Source: Acholeplasma sp.
GTDB lineage: Bacteria; Bacillota_I; Bacilli_A; ML615J-28; CAG-698
Direction: 5' to 3'
Length of the DNA: 64,000 bases
Assembly (NCBI GenBank): GCA_012838635.1
Contig: DUOW01000011.1
Span: 4,882 to 68,881, forward strand
Each line of letters begins with the position of its first letter. The stretch's first letter is position 1. Under the pieces are notes generated by a model. The model made no database searches. It was given only the letters and a program-made list of their open reading frames with translations, and was not told where the DNA came from. A program made the translations under genes and the position numbers. Shown here in pieces: positions 38,238 to 49,966 of this stretch.

Positions 38238-39323
38238 ATGTTTTATATTGAAAAGCTGAAATTAACCAACTTTCGTTGTTATAAAGATAAAAGAATAAAT
38301 TTTAAACCTCATGTTAATATAATAGTAGGGGAAAATGCTGTTGGTAAAACATCTTTAGTGGAAGCTATTTATTGTCTAGGACTTACCAAATCATACAAAG
38401 CAAGCAAAGATTCTTTTTTAATTAAACATGATCAACCTTTTTATGTGTTAGAAGGTGAATTTGTCAATCAAGAAAGAAAGCACAATGTTTTGTTATCATA
38501 TGAAATAGATAAATCAAGAAAAAGATTATTAGTTGATAATAATGTGGTTAAAAAGTTAAGTGATTATATAGGGACATTTAAAGTTGTTATGTTTTCTCCT
38601 GATGATTCTGAACTAATAAAAGGCTATTCTCCTCAACGAAGAAGATTCTTAGATATTTATTTAGGCCAAATTAATAATAAGTATTTAAAAGATTTATCTA
38701 ATTACAACAAAGTGTTAAAAAATAGAAATGAGTTATTAAAGCAAACTAATCAAAGCGAGCAAGATTTAGAACTCTTAAAGATCTATTCCGAAGCTTTAGT
38801 AAAATACGGCAAAAACCTAATTATTGAAAGAGAAAAGTTTATTAATATGCTTAATCCAGAAGTGGCAAAAATTAGTTTAGCTATCTCTAATGGAGAAGAA
38901 AAAACTGAACTAAAATATATGCCAAATGTGGAAAACGAAGAATTTATGTTGAAAACTTTTCGACAACTTAAAAAAGATTTGTATTTACAAACAACAGGGC
39001 TTGGACCTCATAAAGATGACTTCTTATTTACAATAAAAGGGGTTGATGCAGCATCGTTTGCTTCACAAGGCCAACAAAGAACATCTAGTATAGCTTTAAA
39101 GTTAGGTCTAGCTAGTTTGTTTGATAAATTGGGTTTAGATAATATCGTAATTTTAGATGATGTTTTTAGCGAATTAGATAAAGAAAGACAAAACGAGATT
39201 ATGAAACTCTTTAAAAACAATAAACAAATATTTATTACAACCACAACAATCAAGGCAATTAATGAAGAATTGCTTGAAAGTAGTAATGTTATTAAAATAG
39301 AAAGGGAAGAAAAAGATGAGTGA
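38238..39323 (+). CDS. recF: DNA replication and repair protein RecF
   Basis: Walker A GENAVGKTS. SMC-like ABC fold. Start at the ATG at 38238 (RBS GGAGAAAGAG). An extended -10 TGTGGTATAAT lies at 38125..38135. Confidence 0.9.
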   Translation: MFYIEKLKLTNFRCYKDKRINFKPHVNIIVGENAVGKTSLVEAIYCLGLTKSYKASKDSFLIKHDQPFYVLEGEFVNQERKHNVLLSYEIDKSRKRLLVDNNVVKKLSDYIGTFKVVMFSPDDSELIKGYSPQRRRFLDIYLGQINNKYLKDLSNYNKVLKNRNELLKQTNQSEQDLELLKIYSEALVKYGKNLIIEREKFINMLNPEVAKISLAISNGEEKTELKYMPNVENEEFMLKTFRQLKKDLYLQTTGLGPHKDDFLFTIKGVDAASFASQGQQRTSSIALKLGLASLFDKLGLDNIVILDDVFSELDKERQNEIMKLFKNNKQIFITTTTIKAINEELLESSNVIKIEREEKDE

Positions 39324-41232
39324 AGATAAAAGATTAAATGAACAGTATAGTGGTTCCGATATTCAGATATTGGAAGGGTTAGAGGCTGTTAGAACTAGAC
39401 CAGGTATGTATATTGGTAGTACTAGTGATACTGGACTACACCATTTAGTTAGAGAAATTGTAGATAACTCAATCGATGAGGCTTTAGCTGGATACTGTAC
39501 TCACATTGAAGTTGCAATTCAACCAAATGGGGCAGTTTCTGTTACTGATAACGGTAGAGGTATACCAGTTGATATTCATCCTAAAACAGGTGAATCAGCA
39601 CTAGAAGCTGTTTTTACAGTTCTTCATGCTGGTGGTAAATTTGGTGGTAAGAGTTATAAAGTATCTGGAGGGTTACATGGCGTTGGTGCTGCAGTAGTTA
39701 ATGCCTTAAGTGAATGGTTAAAAGTTACTGTTTTTAAAGATGGTTTCGTTTATGAACAAGAATATGGTCGCGGTAAGAAATTATACAATGTTAGAAGAAT
39801 TGGTGTTACAGACAAAACAGGAACTGTAGTTCTTTTTAAACCAGACTCTTTAATTTTTAAAGAAGGAACAGAATTTGACTATGAGACTTTAGCATCTCAC
39901 TTGCAACAATCAGCCTTTCTAAATAAAGGATTAAAACTAACATTAACTGATTTTCGTAACCCATATCGTGTTAGAACCAATACATATCAATATGATGATG
40001 GTATTGTAGAGTATGTTAGATATCTAAATCAAAGCAAAACATTAATTCACAATGAAATTATTTATCTTTCGGGGAAAATGGATAATGTTGAAGTTGACAT
40101 TGCTATGCAATATACAGCTGATGATATTTGTAGAATCCATTCTTATGCAAACAATATTAATACTCCTGATGGTGGTACACACGAAGAAGCATTTAAATCA
40201 AGACTTACGCAAGTAATTAACCAATATGGTAAAAAGATGGGGCTTTTTAAAAAGAGAGAATCTTTAAGCGGAGAAGATACAAGAGAAGGTTTAACAGCTA
40301 TTGTAAGCGTAAGACACCCATCACCTGAGTTTGAAGGACAAACTAAGTCTAAATTAGGTAATGCTGACGCAAGAAGAATTGTATCGCAAATTTTTGGAGA
40401 TCAATTAGAACAATATTTAGATGAAAACCCAGATACTGGAAAAGAAATTATAAATAAAGCTTTAGAATCATCACGAGCAAGAATCGCTGCTAAGAAAGCA
40501 AGAGAAGCTTCTCGTAAGAGTCCTCTTGAAACGTTAGGATTTGCTTCTAAGTTAAGTGATTGCCGTTCTAAAGATCCAACAAAAAGCGAATTATACCTTG
40601 TCGAGGGTAATTCAGCTGGTGGTAGTGCGGAAATGGGAAGAGATGCAGAATTTCAAGCTATTCTACCTTTAAGGGGAAAAGTTTTGAATGTAGAGAAAGC
40701 AACAAAAGCTAACGTTTTAAGTAATAACGAAATCATTTCTATGGTTCAAGCAATTGGAGCAGGAATTGGAAAAGAATTTGATATCGAAAACGTGAGATAT
40801 CATAAAGTAGTTATTATGACCGATGCTGATGTTGACGGTGCCCATATTAGAACGCTATTGTTAACTTTCTTTTATCGATATATGAGGCCTTTGATTGAAG
40901 CAGGATATGTATATATTGCTCAACCACCACTATATAAAGTTAGTTATAGTAAGAGAATTGAATATGCTTATAGTGAAAATGAATTACAAGAAATATTAGA
41001 AACATTTAATGTTAAACCCAATATCCAAAGATATAAGGGACTAGGTGAAATGAATGCTGATCAGCTATGGGAAACAACAATGGATCCCAAAACTAGAACT
41101 TTATTAAGAGTTAAATTAGATAGTGTAGCTGTAGCAGATACTGTATTTAGTATGTTAATGGGAGATGACGTTGCTCCAAGACGCGAGTTTATTGAAAGCA
41201 ATGCTATCTACGCTGAGAATTTAGACGTATAG
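39316..41232 (+). CDS. gyrB: DNA gyrase subunit B
   Basis: GHKL ATPase, Toprim (EGNSAGGS) and the typical C-terminus. 638 aa. Confidence 0.95.
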   Translation: MSEDKRLNEQYSGSDIQILEGLEAVRTRPGMYIGSTSDTGLHHLVREIVDNSIDEALAGYCTHIEVAIQPNGAVSVTDNGRGIPVDIHPKTGESALEAVFTVLHAGGKFGGKSYKVSGGLHGVGAAVVNALSEWLKVTVFKDGFVYEQEYGRGKKLYNVRRIGVTDKTGTVVLFKPDSLIFKEGTEFDYETLASHLQQSAFLNKGLKLTLTDFRNPYRVRTNTYQYDDGIVEYVRYLNQSKTLIHNEIIYLSGKMDNVEVDIAMQYTADDICRIHSYANNINTPDGGTHEEAFKSRLTQVINQYGKKMGLFKKRESLSGEDTREGLTAIVSVRHPSPEFEGQTKSKLGNADARRIVSQIFGDQLEQYLDENPDTGKEIINKALESSRARIAAKKAREASRKSPLETLGFASKLSDCRSKDPTKSELYLVEGNSAGGSAEMGRDAEFQAILPLRGKVLNVEKATKANVLSNNEIISMVQAIGAGIGKEFDIENVRYHKVVIMTDADVDGAHIRTLLLTFFYRYMRPLIEAGYVYIAQPPLYKVSYSKRIEYAYSENELQEILETFNVKPNIQRYKGLGEMNADQLWETTMDPKTRTLLRVKLDSVAVADTVFSMLMGDDVAPRREFIESNAIYAENLDV

Positions 41233-41242
41233 GAGGACTCTT

Positions 41243-43795
41243 ATGGAAAAAGATATTGTTGATATTGAAATAGAGAGTTCAAACGAAGAAGAACAAAGTA
41301 TTGATAAAAAGTTCTACCATAAAGGTGGAGTGAAAAATGTCGATATTGTTAAGGAAATGAAAAACTCATTTTTAAGTTATGCAATGAGTGTTATTGTTTC
41401 AAGAGCAATCCCCGATGTAAGAGATGGACTAAAACCCGTTCAAAGAAAGATTTTATATGCAATGAATGGACTAGGTTTATATTCTGATAAACCATATAAA
41501 AAATCCGCAAGAATTGTGGGGGACGTTATGGGTAAATATCACCCACATGGTGACTCAGCAATTTATGATGCGATGGTAAGAATGGCTCAAGATTTTAGTT
41601 TTCGATATCCTTTAGTTGATGGACAAGGAAACTATGGTTCTATTGGTGGGGCTCAAGCAGCAGCTATGCGTTATACTGAAGCAAGAATGAGCAAAATTAG
41701 TATGGAGTTATTGCGAGATTTAAACAAGAATACAGTAGACTATCAAGATAACTATGATGCTACAGAAACAGAACCAGTGATTTTACCTGCTCGTTTTCCT
41801 AACTTGCTAGTTAATGGTGGAACAGGTATTGCTGTTGGTATGGCTACAAACATTCCTCCTCACAATTTAGAAGAAATTATGAATGCTTTACTTGCTTTAA
41901 TTAATAATCCAAAAGTTACAGTTGAAGAGTTAATGCAATATGTAAAAGGACCAGATTTTCCAACAGGTGGTATTATTATGGGCTTAACAGCAATTCGTGA
42001 AATGTATAAAACAGGACAAGGATCTTTAGTTGTTAGAGCTAAAACACACTACGAAGATTTAGGCCGTGATCGCCAACAAATCGTTGTTACAGAAATTCCT
42101 TATTCTGTAAATAAGACTTTCTTAGTAGATAGAATCGTTCGTTTAGTTAAAAGCAAAACAATTGAAGATATTACTGATTTAAGAGACGAGTCTACAAGAG
42201 ATGGTTTACGTATTGTTATTGAATTAAAACGAGGAGCTAATGCTGGTGTAGTTTTAAATAATTTATTTAAACACACTCAACTTCAATCTACTTTTAGTGC
42301 TAATATGCTAGTTTTAGATGGTGGCCAACCAAAAACATTAAACTTAAAAGAAATTTTAGAATGTTATTTGGCCCACCAACACGAAGTAATTAGAAGAAGA
42401 ACAGAGTTTGATTTAGAAAAAGCCGAAGCTAGAGCTCATATTCTAGAAGGATTAATTATCGCTCTTGCGAATATTGAAGAAGTTGTAAAGGTAATTAAAG
42501 CTAGTAAGAGTGGAGATATTGCTATTAGCCGTTTAATGGAAAAATTTGTTTTAACTGAAGAACAAAGCAAAGCAATTCTCGATATGAGATTACAAAGACT
42601 TACAAGTTTAGAAGTTGAAAAGATAAAAGCAGAACTTGTAGAGTTAGAAAAGTTTATTGCTGAATGCAAAGAGATCTTACAAAATCCTCAAAAGAAAAAA
42701 GAACTAATGATCAAAGAGATTACAGAAACAAAAGAAAAATATAAAGATCCTCGAAGAACCGAAATTAGTTTAGCTGAAGATTTAGGTCTAGAAGATGAAA
42801 ACTTAATTCCAGTAGAAGATGTTATTATTACTATTACGGAAAGAGGATATGTAAAGAGAATGACATCAGATACATACCAAGCCCAAAATAAAGGCGGTAA
42901 AGGTATTATTGGAACAAAGATGGTAGAATCAGATGCTGTTACAAAAGTAATCTATACTTCTACTCATGATGATTTATTCTTCTTTACAAATTTTGGTAAA
43001 GTTTATACTCTAAAAGCATATCAAATAGCAGAAGCAAATAGGTTAGCTCGAGGAACTCCAATTGTAAACTTACTAAAGTTAGAAAACAATGAGAGACTAG
43101 CAACTGTTTTAAGTATTGATACAGATTCTATCAAAGAAACAGATTACTTATTCTTTGCCACAAAACAAGGTTTAGTTAAGAAAACGCAAATTGAAGAATA
43201 CAAAAACATTAGACGTAATGGTATTATTGCTATTAACTTAGTTGATGGAGATGAACTATTAAGCGTTGGTGTTACTGATGGGTCTAAAAACATTATTTTA
43301 GGAGCATCAAACGGTAAAGCAATTAAGTTTAGTGAAGATGATGTTCGTCCAATGCAAAGAGTCGCTCAAGGAGTAAGAGGAATCTTAGTTGAAGAAGGCG
43401 AAGAAGTTGTAGGAATGGCTATTATTAATAGTCCAGATGATGAAATAGTTATTGTTACTGAAAATGGTTATGGTAAAAGAACTAGCGTAAGAGAGTTTAG
43501 AACGCAAGTTAGAGGTGGTAAAGGTGTTACTGCCTTAAGCATAAACAAAAGAAACGGTAAAATGAAAGCTATGAAGACAGTTGAAGCTGAAGAAGATTTA
43601 ATTGTAATTACTAATTACGGTATTATTATTAGAGTTCCTTTAGCCCAAATCCTAACAATAGGAAGAATAACTCAAGGAGCTAAAATCATTACTTTAAGTG
43701 AAGACCAAAAAGTAGCTTCAATTGAAATTCTACCTAAAGAAGAATCAGAAGCAGATGTTGATGAAGATCTAGATCTGTTTGTAGAATATGAATAA
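41243..43795 (+). CDS. gyrA: DNA gyrase subunit A
   Basis: Active-site region [14 protein letters not shown]-like [11 protein letters not shown]-terminal beta-pinwheel repeats. An acidic tail. Confidence 0.95.
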   Translation: MEKDIVDIEIESSNEEEQSIDKKFYHKGGVKNVDIVKEMKNSFLSYAMSVIVSRAIPDVRDGLKPVQRKILYAMNGLGLYSDKPYKKSARIVGDVMGKYHPHGDSAIYDAMVRMAQDFSFRYPLVDGQGNYGSIGGAQAAAMRYTEARMSKISMELLRDLNKNTVDYQDNYDATETEPVILPARFPNLLVNGGTGIAVGMATNIPPHNLEEIMNALLALINNPKVTVEELMQYVKGPDFPTGGIIMGLTAIREMYKTGQGSLVVRAKTHYEDLGRDRQQIVVTEIPYSVNKTFLVDRIVRLVKSKTIEDITDLRDESTRDGLRIVIELKRGANAGVVLNNLFKHTQLQSTFSANMLVLDGGQPKTLNLKEILECYLAHQHEVIRRRTEFDLEKAEARAHILEGLIIALANIEEVVKVIKASKSGDIAISRLMEKFVLTEEQSKAILDMRLQRLTSLEVEKIKAELVELEKFIAECKEILQNPQKKKELMIKEITETKEKYKDPRRTEISLAEDLGLEDENLIPVEDVIITITERGYVKRMTSDTYQAQNKGGKGIIGTKMVESDAVTKVIYTSTHDDLFFFTNFGKVYTLKAYQIAEANRLARGTPIVNLLKLENNERLATVLSIDTDSIKETDYLFFATKQGLVKKTQIEEYKNIRRNGIIAINLVDGDELLSVGVTDGSKNIILGASNGKAIKFSEDDVRPMQRVAQGVRGILVEEGEEVVGMAIINSPDDEIVIVTENGYGKRTSVREFRTQVRGGKGVTALSINKRNGKMKAMKTVEAEEDLIVITNYGIIIRVPLAQILTIGRITQGAKIITLSEDQKVASIEILPKEESEADVDEDLDLFVEYE

Positions 43796-43799
43796 CAAA

Positions 43800-43826
43800 A
43801 AGCACCCAAGTGGTGCTTTTTAAATT
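43800..43826 (+). terminator. Intrinsic terminator after gyrA
   Basis: Hairpin AGCACC-CAAG-TGGTGCT plus TTTTT. Confidence 0.65.
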
Positions 43827-43965
43827 TTATAATTAATTGCAAAAAAAAGAAGATTGTAGTATAATTAAATTTAGAAAAACAAAGCAACTAAAAAGCAAAA
43901 AAGGCCTTTTTAGTTGAATTAGATATCTTACAGAGCTAAAACAGCTTAAATTTAAGGAGGCAAAG

Positions 43966-45240
43966 ATGTTAGATATTAAATACTTACGAGAGAACTTAGA
44001 AGATGTAATTAAAAACCTTAATCAAAGAGGTTCTGATTTTTCATACTTAAGAGATGTTATTAAATTAGATGATGAAAAAAGAAATTTAATTACTGAAGTA
44101 GAAAAGTTAAAGAAACAAAGAAATGATGCAAGTAAACAAATTGGTGTTTTAAAAAGAGAGAAAAAAGATGCAAGTGGTATCTTAAAAGAAGTTGCTTCCT
44201 TAGGAGATGAGATTAAAGAAAAAGATGAAACAATTAAAGAGCTAGATGAAAAGATCTTTAATTACTTAGCTACAACTCCAAATCTAGTTCATAAGTCAGT
44301 TCCTGTTGGTCCAGATGATAGTTATAATAAAGAAATAAAGAAGTTTATGGAACCAACAAAATTTTCATTTGAACCAAAAGCTCATTATGAACTTGGTGAA
44401 GCTTTAGATATTTTAGATTTTGAAAGAGCAGCTAAAGTAACGGGTAGTAGATTTGTTATCTATAAAGGATTAGGTGCTCGTTTAGAACTTGCTTTAATTA
44501 AGTTTATGATGGACCTACATGCGGAAAGTGGATATACAGAAGTAATACCGCCATATATTGTTTCGGCTGCTTCAATGTTTGGGACAGGACAATTACCTAA
44601 GTTTGCAGAAGATGCATTTAAAATTGCTAATGGTAATGGTGATTGGTATCTAAACCCAACTGCAGAAGTACCTACAATCAATATGTTCAAAGAAGAAGTT
44701 ATTGATTATGCAAAACTACCAATTAAATTAACTAGTTATACAATGGCGTTTAGGTCTGAAGCAGGTAGTGCTGGTCGCGATACAAGGGGTTTAATTAGAC
44801 AACACCAATTTAACAAAGTTGAGTTAATTAAGATTGCATCTCCAGAAAATAGCTATCAAGAATTAGATGATATGCTTTTAGAGTCAGAAAAAGTCTTAAA
44901 GGCTTTAAAACTTCCATATCGAGTAGTTGTTTTATCAAGCGGAGATATGGGTTTTTCAATGAGTAAAACATACGATATTGAAGTATGGATTCCATCACAA
45001 AAAACATATCGTGAAATTGGTAGTATTAGTAATGCTGAAGACTATCAAGCAAGAAGAGCAAATATTAAATTTAGAAGATCACAAGATAGTAAATTAGAGT
45101 TTGTTCATACATTAAATGGATCAGGATTAGCAGTAGGACGTACTTTAGTTGCAATTTTAGAAAACTATCAAAACGAAGATGGTACGATTACAATTCCAGA
45201 GGTTTTAAGACCTTATATGAGAGTTGATAAAATAGGGTAG
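43966..45240 (+). CDS. serS: Serine--tRNA ligase
   Basis: N-terminal coiled-coil arm and class II core motifs (FRSEAGSAGRDTRGLIRQHQF...GSGLAVGRTL). Confidence 0.9.
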   Translation: MLDIKYLRENLEDVIKNLNQRGSDFSYLRDVIKLDDEKRNLITEVEKLKKQRNDASKQIGVLKREKKDASGILKEVASLGDEIKEKDETIKELDEKIFNYLATTPNLVHKSVPVGPDDSYNKEIKKFMEPTKFSFEPKAHYELGEALDILDFERAAKVTGSRFVIYKGLGARLELALIKFMMDLHAESGYTEVIPPYIVSAASMFGTGQLPKFAEDAFKIANGNGDWYLNPTAEVPTINMFKEEVIDYAKLPIKLTSYTMAFRSEAGSAGRDTRGLIRQHQFNKVELIKIASPENSYQELDDMLLESEKVLKALKLPYRVVVLSSGDMGFSMSKTYDIEVWIPSQKTYREIGSISNAEDYQARRANIKFRRSQDSKLEFVHTLNGSGLAVGRTLVAILENYQNEDGTITIPEVLRPYMRVDKIG

Positions 45241-45248
45241 GGATAAAG

Positions 45249-45626
45249 ATGTTTTGTAGGAAATGTGGTGCCGAAGCTAAAGAAGGGGCAATCTTCTGTC
45301 ATATTTGTGGTAGTATTTTAAAAGAAGAAAATACTCAAGCTAATGTTTTAGATGAACAAGGATATGAAACAGTAGCAAAAAGAAAAAGAGAAACACATAT
45401 ACTAGATACACTTAACTTTGTTCTTGCGCTTGTAAGCATAGGTTTAATGATTATAGCTTTTGTTCCGTTTATGCCTGTTGTTGCACTTATATTAGGTGTA
45501 GCAGCATTAATCATTGCAATTATTTTAGAAATCAAAAAGAAATATCGATTTTCTTTATTATCATTATATTTAGCTGCAGGCGGAATACTGGGAAATATCT
45601 TATTATTGATTTATTTCTTAGGTTAA
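45249..45626 (+). CDS. Zinc-ribbon membrane protein
   Basis: CRKCG...CHICG zinc ribbon followed by two TM helices. 125 aa. Confidence 0.55.
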   Translation: MFCRKCGAEAKEGAIFCHICGSILKEENTQANVLDEQGYETVAKRKRETHILDTLNFVLALVSIGLMIIAFVPFMPVVALILGVAALIIAIILEIKKKYRFSLLSLYLAAGGILGNILLLIYFLG

Positions 45627-45650
45627 TAAAAAATAGGAAGATTAAACTTC

Positions 45651-46049
45651 CTATTTTATTATTTTAGTATGTAGTTTTTTAAAATCTTCATCACTTAACT
45701 TTTTAGTTTGAACTTTAAATTCAAGATCGCCTTTTTTGTAAATAGGGATTACATGAATATGGAAATGATGAACTGATTGTCCAGCATTTTCTCCACAGTT
45801 ATTTACAATATTAAAATCCGAAACATTTAGTTTTTCTTTTAATAATAAAGCTACCTTTCTAGCAACATTCAAAGCTTCTTTAGCTGTTGCCTCATCAAGC
45901 TCTAAAAGGTTAGCATAGTGTTTTTTAGGGACGACTAAAGTATGCCCAACTGTTATTGGCGATAAATCAAGAAAAGCAAGAAAGTTATCATCTTCATAAA
46001 CAGTATATGAAGGAATTTCTTTATTAGCTATCTTACAAAATATACACAT
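45651..46049 (-). CDS. HIT family hydrolase (HinT-like)
   Basis: Histidine triad VHHFHIHVIP. 132 aa. Confidence 0.85.
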   Translation of the reverse strand: MCIFCKIANKEIPSYTVYEDDNFLAFLDLSPITVGHTLVVPKKHYANLLELDEATAKEALNVARKVALLLKEKLNVSDFNIVNNCGENAGQSVHHFHIHVIPIYKKGDLEFKVQTKKLSDEDFKKLHTKIIK

Positions 46050-46139
46050 AATATCAACTCCTTAAGTAAATTATATCAAATATCTTAAAAAAAGCAATAA
46101 TTTATGGTAGAATATGAGAAGGCAAGGAAAGGTGATTAT

Positions 46140-46721
46140 ATGCTTAATGGCAAAGTTAGTAAAGTTCAAGAACTAGCAATAGCTTCAATTATGGTAGCAA
46201 TGGCTGCCGTTTTGTCATTCTTTGATAAAACAATTAGCACAATTGCGTTTCCTTTTTTACCTGTTGCTAAAATAGGGCTAGCAAATATCGTTATTTTAAT
46301 TGCTATTTATATTTTTGATTTTAAAACTAGTTTATTAATTACTGTTTTAAAATCAGTTGTTGTTGGTTTAATATTTGGAAGTTTAAGTACTTTTATTATT
46401 GGTGGAAGTGCTAGTTTAGTTAGTTTCTTGGGGATGTTTTTAACCCACAAATTACTAAAAGATAAGACATCGCTGGTAGGGGTAAGTGTAATTGGAGGAT
46501 TTCTTCATATTATTACCCAACTTTTTGTGGTAATGTTTGTTTATCGTACGGGAGATGCGGTTTTTAAATCTGGTGCATTATTAGTACTAATATCTTTAAT
46601 TACGAGTATACTAGTAGGTCTAGCAGGTAATGGTTTATATAAATACTTACAAATCCATTATCACTTAACTCCTGAATTAGAAATTAAAGGAACAGAAGAA
46701 GGAGAAAAAAATGAACATTAA
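46140..46721 (+). CDS. Polytopic membrane protein, putative ECF-transporter S-component-like
   Basis: Start at the ATG at 46140, which has the RBS AAGGAAAGGTG and an extended -10 TGGTAGAAT upstream. Five to six TM helices. Weak resemblance to S-component proteins. Confidence 0.4.
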   Translation: MLNGKVSKVQELAIASIMVAMAAVLSFFDKTISTIAFPFLPVAKIGLANIVILIAIYIFDFKTSLLITVLKSVVVGLIFGSLSTFIIGGSASLVSFLGMFLTHKLLKDKTSLVGVSVIGGFLHIITQLFVVMFVYRTGDAVFKSGALLVLISLITSILVGLAGNGLYKYLQIHYHLTPELEIKGTEEGEKNEH

Positions 46722-47658
46722 AGCAATTAAAGAAAAAGTAGAACAATACGATCTTATTATTATTGAAAGACATGCAAATCCTGATGGCGATGCAATGGGA
46801 AGTCAATTGGGTTTAAAAGCAATTTTAAAAGAAAATTATCCAAACAAAAAAATCTATGCTGTTGGTGATACTAATAATCGTTTTGATTTTATGGGTAAAA
46901 CAGAAGAAATAGATATCGAATTATATGAAAAAGCATTAGTTTTTGTCTTAGATTCATCTACCGACGAAATGCTATTAAATAATAATTATAAAAATGCAAA
47001 TTTCTCAATAAAAATAGATCATCATAATACTGTAAGTGATTATTGTGATTTAAATTATACAGATACGAGTTTTGAAAGTTGTGCAGGAATGATTGCGCAA
47101 ATTGCTTTAGATTTAGATTGGAAAATAAATAAGGAAGCAGCAACACAATTATATACAGGTATTGTTACTGATAGTGGTCGTTTTCGTTATGATAAAACAA
47201 CAGCAAGAACTTTTGCAATTGCCTCTAAACTTATGGAGTATGAGATAGATATTGATAACATCTATTCCAATCTTTATCTTGAAAGTTTAGCTAGCGTTAA
47301 ATTAAAAGCAAAATTAATTAATGAGTTTAAGATTACAGAAAATAAAGTAGCTTATCTAAAAGTTACCAAAAAAGATGTAGAAGCATATGGCATTTCGCCT
47401 CATAATATAGCTAGAGGATATGTGAATATTATGGCTGGTATTAAAGAAATTGAAATTTGGGCGATGTTTGTAGAAGATGAAGAAAATAACCAAATCTTAT
47501 GTGAGTTTCGTTCATCTAAACACAATATTAATCAAGTTGCTGTTAAATATGGTGGAGGTGGCCATTTACTTGCAAGTGGGGCTAAAGTTGCAAGTTTTGA
47601 GATTTGTAAAAAGATTATTGAAGATTTCAATAAACTAGTTGCAGGGAGTGAAAAATGA
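46711..47658 (+). CDS. nrnA: DHH/DHHA1 phosphoesterase, NrnA-like (paralog 1)
   Basis: DHH motif HANPDGDAMGS. DHHA1 GGGH motif (GGGGHLLASG). Confidence 0.8.
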   Translation: MNIKAIKEKVEQYDLIIIERHANPDGDAMGSQLGLKAILKENYPNKKIYAVGDTNNRFDFMGKTEEIDIELYEKALVFVLDSSTDEMLLNNNYKNANFSIKIDHHNTVSDYCDLNYTDTSFESCAGMIAQIALDLDWKINKEAATQLYTGIVTDSGRFRYDKTTARTFAIASKLMEYEIDIDNIYSNLYLESLASVKLKAKLINEFKITENKVAYLKVTKKDVEAYGISPHNIARGYVNIMAGIKEIEIWAMFVEDEENNQILCEFRSSKHNINQVAVKYGGGGHLLASGAKVASFEICKKIIEDFNKLVAGSEK

Positions 47659-48632
47659 AAGAAATAAAAAAACAAATTTTGAAGAAAATTAAAGAATATG
47701 ATAGTATTATCATCTTAGGTCATCAAAGACCAGATGGGGATTGTATTGGTTCTGTTTTAGGTTTGAAAGATATCTTAAATACATCTTTTCCTAAGAAAAA
47801 AGTCTATGCCCCTGCTAATGATTCAGTTAGTTATTTAGATTTTTTAGAATCAAGAGAAAAAGAACTACAACCAGAAATATATCAAGAGTCTTTAGTTATT
47901 GTTTTAGATACAGCTACTAAAGAAAGAATTGATAGTAAATATTATCATCTAGCAAAAGAAACAATAAAAATAGATCATCATCTTCCTGTTGATGATTACG
48001 GCGATATCAATTATGTTGATGTTAAAGCACCAGCAACAGCAGAAATTATTGTTGATTTCTTACTAACTTTTAAAAAGCAATTAAAACTTACTAGTAAAGG
48101 CGCTAAAGCATTATTTACAGCTTTAATAACTGATACTGGAAGGTTTAGATATAGTAGTGTCACTTCTAAAACTTTAGAAGTTGGTGCTTATTTACTTACT
48201 TATGATGTAGATTTTGAAAAGATTTATAATAATTTATATTTAAAAGATCTAGAAGTTTTAAAATTAGAAGGTTATTTGAACTTGAATTTTAAAACTACAG
48301 AAAATGGTGTTGCATATTTTTATATTGATAAAAAAATTAGAAATCAGTATAATATAAGTATTGAAGATGCAGCATCGTTAGTTAATTGTTTAGACTCAAT
48401 TAAAGGCAGTCTAATTTGGGTCTTGTTTGTGGAACAAGAAGATGGTACAATTAGGGCTAGAATAAGAAGTAGATATGTAACTATCTCTGATGTAGCTAAT
48501 AATTATCGAGGTGGTGGGCATAAACAAGCTAGTGGTGCTACTCTATTAGAAGAAAAAGAAATTACTTTAATTTTAAAGGAATTAGATATGAGATTAAAGG
48601 AATTTAAAAAAGAAAACGGAGGATTAATGTAA
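47655..48632 (+). CDS. DHH/DHHA1 phosphoesterase, NrnA-like (paralog 2)
   Basis: HQRPDGDCIGS and RGGGHKQASG motifs. Overlaps the upstream paralog by 4 nt. Confidence 0.8.
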   Translation: MKEIKKQILKKIKEYDSIIILGHQRPDGDCIGSVLGLKDILNTSFPKKKVYAPANDSVSYLDFLESREKELQPEIYQESLVIVLDTATKERIDSKYYHLAKETIKIDHHLPVDDYGDINYVDVKAPATAEIIVDFLLTFKKQLKLTSKGAKALFTALITDTGRFRYSSVTSKTLEVGAYLLTYDVDFEKIYNNLYLKDLEVLKLEGYLNLNFKTTENGVAYFYIDKKIRNQYNISIEDAASLVNCLDSIKGSLIWVLFVEQEDGTIRARIRSRYVTISDVANNYRGGGHKQASGATLLEEKEITLILKELDMRLKEFKKENGGLM

Positions 48633-48633
48633 C

Positions 48634-49365
48634 TTGAAGATACTTGTTGTAAACGATGATGGAATTCAATCAGAAGGATTAAGAGTATTAGTTGAAAAAG
48701 CAAAGAAATATGGAGAAGTATTAGTTGTTGCTCCTAAATATAACCAATCAGCCACAAGCCATAAAATATTAGTTAGAGGTGGTTTTAGTGTTGAGAAAAT
48801 TGATTTATTTCCAGGAGTAGAAGCTTATGCAATTGATACAACACCGGCTGACTGTGTTCGTTTTGCTTGCTATCATTTAAATTATGATTATGATTTAGTT
48901 GTTTCTGGAGTTAATAAAGGATATAATTTAGGTTTTGATATCTTTTATTCAGGAACAGTAGCTGGCGCAACAGAAGCAGCATATACTAAAAAGCATGGAT
49001 TTGCTTTTTCTGCAAACTATAAATCATTAGCTGGTTTTGAAAAACACTTTGATGAAGTTATGGAATTACTTTTAAGTGAAGAATATTGGAATAAAGCTTT
49101 AGTATATAATGTAAACTTTCCTGTTGATCCTCAAGGTATTAAACTTGCCGTTCAAGGCGATACTTGCTTTGATACTTATTTTGAAGAAAAAGAAGGATTA
49201 TATTATCAGTTAGGAACAGGAAACTTAAGTTTAGATAATAATGAAGAAAGCGATGCTTATTTAATCCATCGCGGATACACAACAATTACACCTTTAAGTG
49301 GTGATCGTACAAATCACGAAGTATACAATCTTTTAAAAGGAGGAAGAAAAGATGGGAAAAGATAG
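48634..49365 (+). CDS. surE: 5'/3'-nucleotidase SurE
   Basis: TTG start. N-terminus KILVVNDDGIQSEGL is the SurE signature. Confidence 0.85.
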   Translation: MKILVVNDDGIQSEGLRVLVEKAKKYGEVLVVAPKYNQSATSHKILVRGGFSVEKIDLFPGVEAYAIDTTPADCVRFACYHLNYDYDLVVSGVNKGYNLGFDIFYSGTVAGATEAAYTKKHGFAFSANYKSLAGFEKHFDEVMELLLSEEYWNKALVYNVNFPVDPQGIKLAVQGDTCFDTYFEEKEGLYYQLGTGNLSLDNNEESDAYLIHRGYTTITPLSGDRTNHEVYNLLKGGRKDGKR

Positions 49366-49873
49366 AAATATCTATGAAGATATGTCAATGGTGAATGTAG
49401 CTTTAAAGATTTTAGAAGAAACTAAAAAGCCAGACACGATTGTAAATCTAGCAGCAGAAGTCTTTAAAAGAAAGGGAATTGAAAAAGTAGACCCTCAAGA
49501 TTATATCCAATTTGAAATTGACTTTATGTTAAGTGGCTATTTTATTTGTTGCGCAGAAGATAAAGAAGGAACAAGATTATGGGACTTAAAATATCGCCAA
49601 AACTCAAAATTACTTAATCAAGATAAAACATATATTGATGTTGTTGATGAAGTATTCTCAGAAGATGCCTTAAAATATGAAATGCAAGAAGAATTATTAG
49701 CTCAAGATGACGAAGAAGTTTTAGATGAAGATGAAGAAGAAGCTGATGATGACGATGCTATCTATGATGCAATTGAAGAAGATGAAGAAGATTACGATGA
49801 TTTTGAAGATTTATCTGATGAAGATGATGAAGATTATGATGAGGATGAAGACGACGAGTTTGATGACCTTTAA
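49352..49873 (+). CDS. rpoE: RNA polymerase delta subunit
   Basis: An N-terminal HARE-HTH-like domain followed by a roughly 70-aa D/E-rich tail. It sits immediately upstream of pyrG, as in Bacillus. Confidence 0.8.
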   Translation: MGKDRNIYEDMSMVNVALKILEETKKPDTIVNLAAEVFKRKGIEKVDPQDYIQFEIDFMLSGYFICCAEDKEGTRLWDLKYRQNSKLLNQDKTYIDVVDEVFSEDALKYEMQEELLAQDDEEVLDEDEEEADDDDAIYDAIEEDEEDYDDFEDLSDEDDEDYDEDEDDEFDDL

Positions 49874-49892
49874 TAATTATTAAAGATTGTTA

Positions 49893-49966
49893 TAGACAAA
49901 AGGTTTAATATTTGCTATAATAATAAAGAGCAAAATAGTTCTCTTAAAGAAAGAGGGCTATTTTTT
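49893..49966 (+). promoter_or_regulatory. pyrG promoter (TAGACA-17-TATAAT) and short leader with intrinsic terminator (candidate attenuator)
   Basis: -35 at 49893..49898 and -10 at 49916..49921. The hairpin AGUUCUCUU-AAAGA-AAGAGGGCU at 49937..49959 is followed by UUUUUU. The C/U-rich 5' stem strand resembles the Bacillus pyrG reiterative-transcription attenuator. Confidence 0.5.

Noticed and set aside
38036-38251. 71-aa ORF upstream of recF
   Set aside because: It lies over the recF promoter and RBS (extended -10 TGTGGTATAAT), is A/T-codon biased with no RBS of its own, and overlaps the recF start. It is probably spurious.
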